Source: Takakia lepidozioides
Lineage: Eukaryota; Plantae; Bryophyta
Direction: 5' to 3'
Length of the DNA: 64,000 nt
NCBI GenBank assembly: GCA_030704615.1
Contig: CM060732.1
Span: forward strand, 58,094,001-58,158,000
Below, piece after piece: positions 37,527 to 48,170 of this stretch. The notes beneath the pieces were generated by a model. The model ran no database searches and had not been told where the DNA came from. It was given only the letters and a program-made list of their open reading frames with translations. The position numbers and the translations under genes were made by a program. Position 1 is the first letter of the stretch. Each line of letters opens with the position of its first letter.

Positions 37527-39811
37527 CTACCAAAGGGAATCTGGTGTGCGCACATATTTCCTTTCTGGACCCAATTCACAACATGCCCATTTAGAATCCG
37601 GATTGTGGATAGTATATGTCATACCCAAATGGCGGTGGCATTGAACTGTTGCAATGCCTCCGGGTGTATGAGGCAGATGCACATTGGTATTTGGAATGTC
37701 CTTGGCAAGCAAGATTGAAGTGCAAACAAATCCCTCCTGCCGTTTGTTTCGGATGAACCCATATGCTTTTGCATGTGACATGTACTAGTAATATCAGTTC
37801 AGAGATGAGCCAATCCACCCGCCTACTACCGAGGACGTTTTTGGTGCTCTTCAATTGCGCTTTCAGGTTCCTGTGGTATGTTTCTATGGCAGCATTAGTG
37901 TCTTGAGAGGCATGAGGTATATTGCGGGATCCCTTCATCCACATTTTGGCTTTTGGAAGCCACTATGTCTCCATGTAGGTGCAGAATTCTGTCTCAGAAG
38001 GGTACTTCTCCCGCAGGTCCAGAATTTTGAATACGACCCATGCTTCACCTGCATCCCCAGAGGTCTCCTTTCTATCGTACATGATCTGTGCCAGATCTTG
38101 TAAGATAGCCGCTCGCAATACTGGGTCTTTCACCTTTGCAACTGCATTCTTCTGCCAGGCTCGGCGAACATGCCACAAGCACAAGAAAACAACACAATCC
38201 CCCCAAACAGAATCTGTTCTCTTATCAGGTAGGTAAACTGAAATTCATGTATAACCAAGAGATCATGGTAGGCATATTTCCTGAGTTCATGGACGTACCT
38301 AATGGCAACAATTTCAGCATCAGCGTCATCCACAATAAATGCATTGGGACGCCAGTCTACTTGCCGACTTGTCATTTGTTTGTTTAGTGCCTCCATCCAA
38401 GGCGTCAGATCGATGGTTTTGCACCTTGCAGTGATAATGTACTGGAATACCATTCAGCTAGTCGTCAAATACCATCATGGTATATAACGGGTACTGCAAC
38501 AACAATCATGTGTAACTAAAGTGACTTGAAAGGAAATGGTTGCAAAACAGAGTACTTCACATGAAGAACGTAATTTGCCATGCTTTCAAGAAATTCGGGT
38601 TAACAATCTGGCGAACCTTCTTTTCATTCATTCCAAAGGTTGCATCACAAGCAACTATGCGACGATGGCCGTGTTTGAGCATCTGTTTTCTCTGCCAATC
38701 AGTTTGTATGCCAAGCACAAATGGAAGGTCAAGTTTTCTGTCATTCAACGTCCAAGCAGGGTGATTAGACTCTTCCTGGTAGTAGAAAACGCTTCCTGGG
38801 TTTTCATGCACCCACATTCGGACACTTTGTGCATCATTGGAGTGCTTTTTGAATGTTTCTTCATCGCACTTGTTGGCAATATTTCGGATGTCATTTGAAA
38901 GAAGGAAGATGTCATGAGTAACCTCGAACCCCCCATCCATGATTTCCCTCACCCTCTGCGTGTGCTTGGCCATTATATTGTTGATGCTTAGTCCGAGACG
39001 GAGGTTGTGTAACACCCATGATTTCATCTCATCGCTCAGGTGGGGAGCTAATGAAACGCGACCTACTTGATGCCCAGGTCCATGGCAGACCTGTCCAGCC
39101 CCATTCACATGTCTCTTTTCATAATAGACCGGCTCTGCAATATCAGGGTCCACTTAGCCTTGCTTCACTACAAACCTGCACATGCATCCCCTCTTGATGT
39201 CTTCCCCCGATTTTGTTTGTGTGGTCCTCATTTGTTTTGGCTTTTGCTTCAGTGGAAGCGGCTGTGGCTCTTGGCTTCCTCCCCTTCTTCTTTGCAGGCT
39301 TCACTCGGCGTTTCTTGTGTGCCATTGCAGGGGTAACCTCCAAGAGGGAACTAGTTCTGTCTTGTGGACCATATGAGCAGTGATACCTACAATAACAAAA
39401 AAACAATCCGTTACTATGACACCAAGGGGATTCAGGCACTCGGACATTCATGGAAACCATTCGATAGCCCTTGCAACACATGACCTGCAGCCCAATGTAT
39501 CTTGTTGTAGTCCTGACACTGTTGCTGCAAGGAGCTAAAAGAGACCCCTCCGGATGGCATCTTTGCTGATGCCTGCTGAAAGTGCATGGGCCATCTGAAC
39601 GGGAAGACTCCCCTGTAATGAAATCAGCAACTCGATTCCAGGGAATGTAGGCGACTTCAGCAGAGTTTTGGCCAGGAGGCTTGCCATGCCATTGGAAATG
39701 CCACTGCAGTACATGATGGTTGAAAGGACCTACACTGGGCATTTGAACTTGGTTTCGAAGCAGCAAAACAAGATGGGATGCAATGTTTTCTTCATTCTCG
39801 GCAACAGACAT
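37527..39811 (-). pseudogene. MULE-type DDE transposase, similar to the angiosperm SWIM-domain family At4g13970/At1g60560; decayed and 3'-truncated within the SWIM finger
   Basis: AYIPWNRVADFITGES, YHCSYGPQD, KRGCMCRF, HVNGAGQVCHG, FVLGIQTDWQ, ACDATFG (D1), FIVDD (D2), CLWHVRRAW (CxxH), TNAAIETYH (E), RRVDWLI, HNPDSKWACC. Stops at ~39155, ~38459 and ~37964, plus frameshifts. Confidence 0.88.
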
Positions 39812-40196
39812 ATCGTGGCACAATTCAGGGACCTAAGGCACGGTTGGTACTGGCTGCACATTGTGCTTTCGTGGTCAGAACAGTTTGAGAGGACCATAAA
39901 AGGAAGGTGACGATTGGAGGTTGCCTCTCATTACACATACTTCCTGGTCTCATCCATCCGTACCTACATACCTCCATCCTAAATCCTAGAAGTAGACCCA
40001 ATCCATAAAATAATACTAAATTTGAAATTTGAAATTTGAAATTTAAACATGTACAACCTTGTGTATACATGCATATGTGAGGGCTTCACGCCTATGGTCA
40101 TCATGTGACTTTCGTGATGGTCATCATGTTACTTTCGTGACCATCATGTATGTGTCATCTGCCATGTATGGATCCATGTTTTCGTCTCACGACGTG

Positions 40197-40490
40197 TCCC
40201 GCGCGCGATGTTGGGTTGTGGTGACAGGTGTCATGTGCCACAGAGTTCATGTGGTGTGGTGACGGCCGGCGGACGGGGGGCGGGGCGGGGAGGGCGGGCG
40301 GGCAGGGGGATGGGGGGCGCCGGGAGGGGGGGGAGGGGTGGGGTGGCGCGGGGGCGAGGGGGTGCCGGGGCACAGCGATCGCGAGCCGCGCAGGAACCGG
40401 TGAAGGGGGTGTGGCTGGGGTGGCGGGGGTGCCATGCAGGAAGGACCGAAGGGGTCGCATTAAACTCCCGGGCCTTTTCTAATGTGCGCT
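40197..40490 (-). repeat. Right terminal inverted repeat of the MULE
   Basis: Reverse complement of 18368-18667, immediately followed by the TSD copy GGTCGTAAA. Confidence 0.95.
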
Positions 40491-41048
40491 GGTCGTAAAA
40501 AGCCAGTCACCTGCAATGCCAGGTTACAGTCAGCCCACGCGGTATTTCCAGTCAACTCATTAGCTGGTAGTCGCACTGGAGACTGCCGGTGGATCTGACA
40601 ATGATACGGAGCAGCGGGACTCTCAGCCAATATTGCTGGCCCGGCCCGGTATTCACCTGGGGCCGGCCACTAGAACACCCGTTACCGCACCCGACCCTTG
40701 AGTGCGCCCCTCATTATTTTACGTATTATGTCCACGCGGAATCATCCTGTAAGTCAGAATAAAATATCAACGGCCGGGACATAGAATCGGTAAAATATTA
40801 CAATCCTCGATCTAGACAATTTCGAGGACAGTGCGGTAGCTTGCCGACACGTGGGGTCCAAGAAAGACTCGGATGACATCCACCTTTTGGACGAATGAGG
40901 GAATTAAGGATCAGTACACGTACTAAGTACAAGTATAAATACGTAAGTATATATAAAATTAGTGTACTCGTAAATACATACTCATACTTGTCCTGTATGG
41001 GTTCTACCGGCGCCCCACCAGAGAGGGTGCAAGAAAAATAAAAATAAA

Positions 41049-41099
41049 GGTGGGGGGAGTGACTGAGCAGCAGCAACTGCTCAGTCACTCCCCCCCACC
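41049..41099. repeat. Near-perfect GC-rich palindrome/hairpin
   Basis: GGTGGGGGGAGTGACTGAGCAG-CAGCAA-CTGCTCAGTCACTCCCCCCCACC: 19-bp perfect inner stem, with A-rich and T-rich flanks. Confidence 0.85.
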
Positions 41100-41218
41100 A
41101 TTTTTGTTTTTGTTTGCTCGTCTCGGGTTTCTGTGGAACAATATTTTTGTCATTAATTGTCGTATACATGTCGTCCCCTTGTTATTGTGGGAGGTTTGCG
41201 ATATTCAACTACCACATA

Positions 41219-41321
41219 CCGTCCCTTATCAACCGTTTAGGAGATAATTAATTCAAAATGAAAGTGCCTAACGCGTTTTGGGAATTTTTTCAAAATTTGG
41301 CCTAATTGCAGGGAAACCAAT

Positions 41322-41353
<32 letters not shown>

Positions 41354-41684
41354 CTGGATTTTGAAAAAAAGCGCGAGTGGCCATAGAGTTTGGCAAAAAA
41401 TAGCCATACATTCTGTTCATCCATTGAAATTAGGACAAAATCATCCATGTCCGTACATAAATCCATTTATATCATCCATATTTGGCGAATTCATCCATAA
41501 TTTATTTTTCATTTGGAGAAATTTGACTATTTCATGCATGAAAAAACAAGGAATTTGCAACAGAATATTTCATAGCATGAAGATGCCTAATGTGAGAAAT
41601 GGTCTGAGAAACGTGCCTAACCGACTCGTTTGGTTTTTAATAATTATTAGGCGCAAAAATGCCTAAACGGTTGATAAGGGACGG
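41219..41684. mobile_element. Tc1/mariner-type MITE (TA TSD) containing part of a second repeat family
   Basis: TA|CCGTCCCTTATCAACCGTTTAGG ... CCTAAACGGTTGATAAGGGACGG|TA, a 23-bp perfect TIR. Internal 41320-41570 matches 43270-43560. Confidence 0.8.
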
Positions 41685-41756
41685 TATGGGAGTTTTGTCT
41701 CACCCCTTCAAAAAGTGAGAGGAAAGAGCAAAACTAAACCTCTTTCAAAGTAATAG

Positions 41757-43200
41757 GTGGGAAGGCAAATGAAGGGTATTATATTAGCATTAAACATCAA
41801 CATTTCATTGGTTGAAAAACTCAATGGATTAGAAGAACGATTATTAACTCCCCGCATATTAGCAAGTCTTGCGCAAATATATCAGTTGCAAGGTTACGGA
41901 GAGTACGGTATCAAGGGTAGCATTATAAATGTTCAATCCAACGTAAATGAAACACAATCCGTATTACCTCACTTTACCACATGAAGAAGCAACAATTGGA
42001 TTATTACTTAAGCGACGTTTGGAATATAAATCCCCATATTCGTCAGGAAACGTGCGCCCAAATTCTATTATGCCAGCATTTCGTGATCTTGTTGATACTC
42101 CCTTATACAAAGAGCTAAGATTACGATCCGTCCACAATGGATTGGTTTATTTACAATATCGCAACAAACACAAACAAATTCATCTATAGAATGTTTTGAA
42201 AATCAACAACAAAATAACAATGAAAATGATATGCGCAGCAATCCATGGAGCCTGAAGAATCAAATGTGAATTGGCGCCGCAAACGGACTACTAGGAACAA
42301 CAAATCCAAGGCCCTTCTCTCCTTCGAGTCCACTAGACGCAAGAATGACTCCCCTATGTACATTTCTTTCTTCATAATGCGGACCTTCTTTTCCATAGCT
42401 TCCAGCAGTTCCCTTGGATTTAGTGACGGGGCAGTGTCTCTTTTTTCATCCTCCATGGTTCTTCGAGGTTATTTTTTCCTCACCTTTATTAATAAAATTC
42501 TCCAAGGCATCTGTCCTCTGTTCTCTATTTTTTTTTAAACAAATAAAAAAAATAAAAGAAAAGATAATCTTGAAGAAGTTCAAGAAGTTTTTGCAACGGT
42601 TGCTCCTAGCCAACCGTTGAACAATTTCAAAATTTTCATAATGATATTTTAACGGTGGCTCTTAGCCAACATTTCAAACTTAAGTCTTTTTCAAAACATT
42701 CATAGTGAAGAATTAAATTTTCCAACGCTATATTTTGGATGTTCCCGTCCAAGAGAATTATTTTTAAAATACTTATACCAAGATATAGCAAAATAGAAAA
42801 TATTGCATAGAAATCATAAATTTGCTAAGCATATTCCAAATCTTTTAAAAAAACTATTAAAGTGCTTATTCATGGTATTACATCATCATCATGGATTGGA
42901 GTTCGTAAAGATAAACCTATGGGACGAATATTGAAGGCACACGATCTCACACATAAACCAAATTTAGACAAGATATTGCACTCTCTGATTTAGGGTGTAA
43001 AGATTTGGAACGATTGCAAACATCACCCGATTATTTTAGGCATTTGCGAAAAGAAGCATTTGCTATGATTAGAGAATTAGGACCTCAAACATTTTTTGTA
43101 ACATTTACAAGCGCAGAGAGCAAATAGACACCATCGTTACAAATATTACACGAACTTAATCATAAATGTTAGATATCCCTAGGCTAGTTTCATAACAATC
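41757..43200 (+). mobile_element. Helitron Rep/helicase N-terminal remnants
   Basis: LNGLEERLLTPRI...GYGEYGIKGSIINV..NV..TQSVLP and LKRRLEYKSPY.SGNVRP (DUF6570-like). SPDYFRHLRKEAFAMIRELGPQTFFVTFTSAE at ~43023-43120 resembles the Helitron_like_N domain. Frameshifted. Confidence 0.8.
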
Positions 43201-43269
43201 TAGGATCTAAACATCTTGCAGAACTACTATTAAACTATTATATCAGACAATTTAAATTTTGGCAGAGAC

Positions 43270-43563
43270 TTTACCAGTTTTTTTTGGTTGAAATTCAGAA
43301 AATAGCACGAGTGGGCTATAGAGTTTTGCAAAAAATCGGCATACATTCTGTTCATCCATTCAAATTAGGATAGAATCATCCACATCCATACTTTAATCCA
43401 ATTATATCATCCATATTTGGTAAATTCATCCATAACTTATATTTTGTGGAGAAATTTGGCAATTTCATCCAGGAAAAAAAAGGGAATCTGTGACAGAATA
43501 TTCATTTTTATTTTTTGAGGTTGCCATTTGGCGAGAATTTGCCCAAAAAAAAAAAAACCGTTG
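43270..43563. mobile_element. AT-rich MITE-like repeat with CAG-T(n) / A(n)-CCG ends
   Basis: Second copy of the ATACATTCTGTTCATCCATT...TCATCCATATTTGG element at 41320-41570, with inverted T-run/A-run ends. Confidence 0.55.
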
Positions 43564-43974
43564 GACTTGACTATTACTCTTACCCTTGAAAAGTGTAATT
43601 GAAAGCAATCTCAACAATATGTAAGATTGTAGTTCATAACGCTGCAGACCACCGAAACTTATAGGGCCCACCTCCGAAAGGGCGCAGTAGCCGCAAGGCG
43701 AAGTGGCTCTTAGTTACGCCGGCCTCGGCCGGAGTCTTCTCTCTCTCTCATGCATAGTGTTCTCGCCAGCCCCACTTTGCTTGGGTGGGGGCGTGAGCAC
43801 AACCCACGGTCATGGGAGTTTCATGTTTTATTAACCTCGGTCGCAGGAGTTATATGTTTCCAAAACAGAAAAAAACCATAAGCGGGTATAGAGGACCGAT
43901 GCATGATATATACAGTATGTCTGCACCAATTCAGCGAGGCGAAAACTTCAGTAGTGTAGCCAGAAACCCTAAAC

Positions 43975-45045
43975 TTATAGCGGCAGTTGAGTTTCGCATT
44001 GAGAAATATTTGGTGATATGGTCACAAACCTATGCAGCGGGGTTTCGCATTGAGAAACCCTTATTGGTGTTTGAGAAAGACTTGGTGATATGGACACAAA
44101 CCTATTAAGTGGTGCGTTTCGCATTGAGAAACCTTAACCCTTAAGTTCCCAAGCGACCTGAGTCGGGTCACTTTGAATTTGCAGTTCGACCTAATTTTTG
44201 CAGATCTAATCTGATGGGGCCCACTCCTGAAGCTTTAATGACAAGGGATTTGTCTGGAGTATGCTGCAAAAAACAAAATTAAGAAAAAACAAAAGCTACG
44301 ACCTACAAAAAATATCTTAGATCTCTCATTTACGTTTTAGGGCCTGAAAAAGGCTTGTTGACCGCTGGCGTGGCAGGCAAACAAGCCCAAAACAGATTGC
44401 ACTCCAAAGGCCAGTTTTAGCAGAAAATTAGCAATTTTGGAAAAAGTGCTTCACTTTGTGGTGTGTGAGCATTACATACACACATCCACCATTGGCTTTT
44501 TTAAATTTTGTAGAAAAAAAAATACTTCATTTGGAGGCACATTTTCTCTTGTCAATTTTGAGATTTCAACCCCCATGTAATTGCATGCATAGCAACCATA
44601 GGTGAAAAACTCAGTTGGACCTGCAATTTAGTGGGGTCATAGCCACTCCACTATTGATTTGGAAATGGTGGGTCTTGGGGCAAGCAAAATTGGATAAAGC
44701 TAGGTTTTGATTTGGTCAAACCAATTTCTTTCTCACTTTTTCTTTGGGACCTGATATTTGAGGTCCGGGCCAACGCTATAATCTCACAATTTCCACGGTG
44801 GACTTGGCTCATTTTTTGGTATGTCATGCATAAATGAGCTGGGCCCATTGCTATAAGGCTGGAATCTCCGGATGATTCTTGGTAGGTTTCTAGGGGCAAT
44901 TTACTGCAGCTGGGTACCCAAAATTGGTAAAAAGTCAAAAAAGGGCTTGGGAACTTGAGGGTTAATGGTATTAGAGAAAGACTTGGTGATATGGGCACAA
45001 ACCTATGGAGCGGCGGGTTTCGCATTGAGAAACCCTTACTGGTAT
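43975..45045. repeat. Degenerate ~55-75-bp tandem repeat (GTTTCGCATTGAGAAA...TTGGTGATATGG.CACAAACCTAT), split by the piggyBac-like insertion
   Basis: GTTTCGCATTGAGAAA occurs at ~43991, 44042, 44116 and 45017. Confidence 0.8.
44138..44961. mobile_element. Non-autonomous TIR element with a piggyBac-like signature (TTAA TSD, CCC...GGG termini), 824 bp
   Basis: TTAA|CCCTTAAGTTCCCAAGC ... GCTTGGGAACTTGAGGG|TTAA (16/17 TIR match). Removing it restores one unit of the host tandem repeat. Confidence 0.75.
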
Positions 45046-45850
45046 AGCTTGAGTCGAAACCTTCTATACGAAATCCCATCACCCAACAATCCCACATCCA
45101 ATTCATGCTAGTTGGTACATAGTTTCGCCGTGCTAAATTATCCTTCAGTGTGATTTCTTCTCAGCTATTTGGTATAGAGTTTCCTTGTGAGAAATTAGCT
45201 ATGGGCGAGGACCTGCAATTTGAGGTGAAGTCTCATCCTACTCTCGCCTGTTATGGAGAAAAAGCCACGCCTATAGGGTAAGATGTTCATCAGGTATAGG
45301 GGCTACTTGTTCTTTATGTGTTAGTTTTGCATAATGTTTAGTTTCGCCAAAGTTCGTTTCACGGTGGAAATTTCGTGGAAATTTTGTGGAAATTTATGAA
45401 ATGTGCCTTTGTGCTCACGTGAGCATGCTCACGCCGGCATGAACATTACCCAACCTCGCTTGGGTGATTGCTGCCCTCTCTCTCTTAGCCTTCAGACCGT
45501 CCATTGGGCCCTCAATGGCATGTGTGTTGAGCAGTAGGCTCTGTAAATTCACTGGACGTTAAAGAAAATTTATCTTTTTCTCCCGTACCTTACCTGGTGG
45601 TATCCCCCTTAATATGCTTCACGTCTGGTTTTTGTAACGAGTTATTTTTTCCCGTCCTTTATTTTATTTTTATTTTATTTTTTGTTTTTGAAAATATGAT
45701 TTGAGTAGTGTCACTGGCGCCTCGCCGACCCTTTTTATAATTTAATAAAAATAAAAATAAAAAAACTAATAGAGAGGGTTAACATAGACTTACTATAGAG
45801 GTAACTAAGATAAGTGTTCATTGTATCTAGTGACCATTTTGGTCTTGCAC

Positions 45851-45919
45851 GGCCCAACAACTGCTAAACTCTGAACCTTAAACCCTGAACCCGTCTCTCT
45901 CTCTCTCTCTCTCTCTCTC
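45851..45919 (+). promoter_or_regulatory. Putative URB1 promoter: site II (GGCCCA), degenerate telo-box (AAACCCTG) and (CT)n tract
   Basis: GGCCCA 45851-45856, AAACCCTG 45880-45887, (CT)n 45894-45919. Site II plus telo-box is typical of plant ribosome-biogenesis genes. Confidence 0.4.
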
Positions 45920-46848
45920 CTAGGAGTAGAGTAGCATGAGGCAAATTGCAGCTGGCTGCGGATTTCTGGTATAGGGTGGTGATTCTTGGGGAGCATACTC
46001 CATAGTGGGATCTGATGGCTGCAGATCAGTACGATGAGGGTGGCAGGGACGAGGGCGAAATTGCCTTTGGAACTGATGAGGAGGTGGAGCTTCAAGATGA
46101 TTGTATCCTTGATGCAGAAGACGGCGAGGTGGAGATGAAGAATTGGAGGGAGTCTTTACAAGATGAAGCTGAAGGTATTTATGAATTGCATTTAAGTTGG
46201 ATAGTAATTGGAAGGAATGACTCTGAATACTGAAAGCGATTCTTCTGTTGCGGCAGAGCAAGAGGACGTTGCGGTGGAGGAAGGAATGGACGGATTCATA
46301 GCCAGTGAGCAGGTGGACGATGAGACACGCAGACTGGCAGCAGGGTTAGCTTCGAAAGACAGCGTTCAATTGATGCAAGCACTTCGAGAGATGACCAAGG
46401 TTTTGACAGGTTCCGGGGGGGGGGAAGGTTCTGCCCCAGTATGTGCTGGCGTCACCATGGTGTGCAGAACTAGTATCGGTGTGGGAGGCAGGGGCAGTGG
46501 CTTCCACAGCAGTCCCTTTGATGCTTTTGCTCTCTGAAATTTTCCGGCATCAGGTGGGAAGAGGACGTGGGACGGCACTAGGAGAAAAAGGGAAACCTCT
46601 GTTGGATGCGTCAGCATACAAGAAGCGCAAGGCCATGGTAGTTGTCCAGGTGAGATCGGATGAACTGCGCATGGATGCTCTTCTTTCAAGCGCCATCGCA
46701 GCCACCGATTTCTCATTAAGAGTGTAGGTGGCTAGAAGTAAATATTGATACTTTATAAATGCAAATCTCAAAGAGCTTATGGCACGAGAAAGCATGAAAC
46801 AAAATAGAGAGAGGGCCGCCCCACAGGCAGCTCAACAACAACTATTGC

Positions 46849-47200
46849 TCAATTGTTTGTCCTAAGGGTCAACCTCTCGGGCACATATGCAGCTAAGCAT
46901 TTCTGATCCTCGTAATGGAAGACGTCTGTGAGAGATTGGGTATCTTGGAATAGACAATAGAATCTCCAACGGATCTCATAGTAGAGAGGACAGTGAAAGA
47001 AGAAATGTTCTTCACTTTTCATTTCCCTGTTGTTTCCAGCGCAAGTGAGGCACATGCACTTGCACATGCGGTCCCCACGTTGCAGGCTGTCCCGCCTACT
47101 AGTCTCTATCCGCAGAGTAATGAAGTTAGGCAGAAAGCTTTCCTGAACCTGTTTCCAGTCTGTAGGCCATCATGGATGACCTCAAGGGTTTACCCATCTC
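46849..47200 (-). mobile_element. LINE family A 3' fragment in URB1 intron 2
   Basis: CLTC...EEHFFFHCPLYYEIR (CCHC), matching 60290-60530. Confidence 0.75.
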
Positions 47201-47349
47201 GGCACTAGACTGAATTTAAACTCAGGGCGGGGTTTCTCATTAGTCGATAGAATTAATTGAATTTTTGATTATTTTTCCTTTTCTTTCTCTTTTCGCAACG
47301 AATTCACCAGGGAATTTATTTGAATAATATCGAGATACCAAAATTTTGA

Positions 47350-47745
47350 ACAGCAAACAGATGCAGAGAGGAAAGGGGGATTGCAAATGCCCGTTGTGTG
47401 GGCAACCTGAAGACAATATTCACTTTCTGATTCATTGTCCTAGGTACTTTCACCAGAGAGATGCCCTCTTCAATTCCATCAAGGGATTTGATCCTGTACC
47501 TGGTTACCAACTTTGAAAATCTCGAGGCTGAGCCAAAAGCCCAGGCCCTTTGGGGCCTAGTTATTGGGCAAATCACACACAGCAGATTGATGCTTGTGTA
47601 AGGGAATTTCTAGAGGATCAATTGTCTGCCATACTACTGGCGTCAGCCCCTGACAAAGGTAGTTTCTGTTCCTTCCGCTCAAATTGGGCGCGGGGTCAAT
47701 GGCCACAAGGCAACGGCAAACAACGTCTAATGAGTACATTCTATC
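47350..47745 (+). mobile_element. LINE family B ORF2 C-terminus and 3' UTR
   Basis: CPLCGQPEDNIHFLIHCPRY (CCHC knuckle), then HTQQIDACVREFLE, then the shared ...GGCAAACAACGTCTAATGAGTACATT end. Confidence 0.75.
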
Positions 47746-47759
47746 TGCAGAGTGTGGTT

Positions 47760-48170
47760 AGCCATTGGGCCTCAAGATTCTATCATCACGGATGAGCAAT
47801 AATGTCTCCCAATAGAACTGCAGTTTTGTCTTAACTGGCTGGTTTCCATTTTCGCCTGATGTGAGGTTCCATAAGTTCATGTCTGATGAACTCTGTTGGA
47901 AAGCCACACTGCACTGGTTCATTGAAGAGATGTGCAATAAATGGAGCCAAAGCTGCTGTTGCATGCTTGATAAATTCACGCCGTAGCCCCCACAGGTCCA
48001 CTGCACTGCCATTTTGCAATTTCTTGACTGCCTTACTGGCATTGGACGAGGTGAAGAAGCATATTCATGCCAAATGTGGATGTCTGCGATGGAGATCAGG
48101 GTTTTGTGAGGTTTTGTAAGAAGGGACCAAGAGGCACAGGGAGAGGGCTTGATCTTTGCAATGAAGGTTT
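47760..48170 (-). mobile_element. LINE family A RT-region fragment
   Basis: AVDLWGLRREFIKHATAALAPFIAHLFN (pre-RT region). GATGATAGAATCTTG is shared with 60181. Confidence 0.6.

Larger units (their letters stand above)
18368..40490. mobile_element. Large (22,123 bp) Mutator-like DNA transposon (MULE) with long TIRs and multi-gene cargo
   Basis: TIRs 18368-18667 and 40197-40490 (GGCGCACATTAGAAAAGGCCCGGGAGTTTAATGCGACCCC... / ...GGGGTCGCATTAAACTCCCGGGCCTTTTCTAATGTGCGCT). 9-bp TSD GGTCGCAAA (18359-18367) / GGTCGTAAA (40491-40499). Contains a MULE-type DDE transposase. Confidence 0.93.

Noticed and set aside
46208-46537. Stand-alone 109-aa ORF, or alternative URB1 start at 46217
   Set aside because: Better explained as intron 1 (46175-46256) plus exon 2 of URB1, read through the G10 frameshift.
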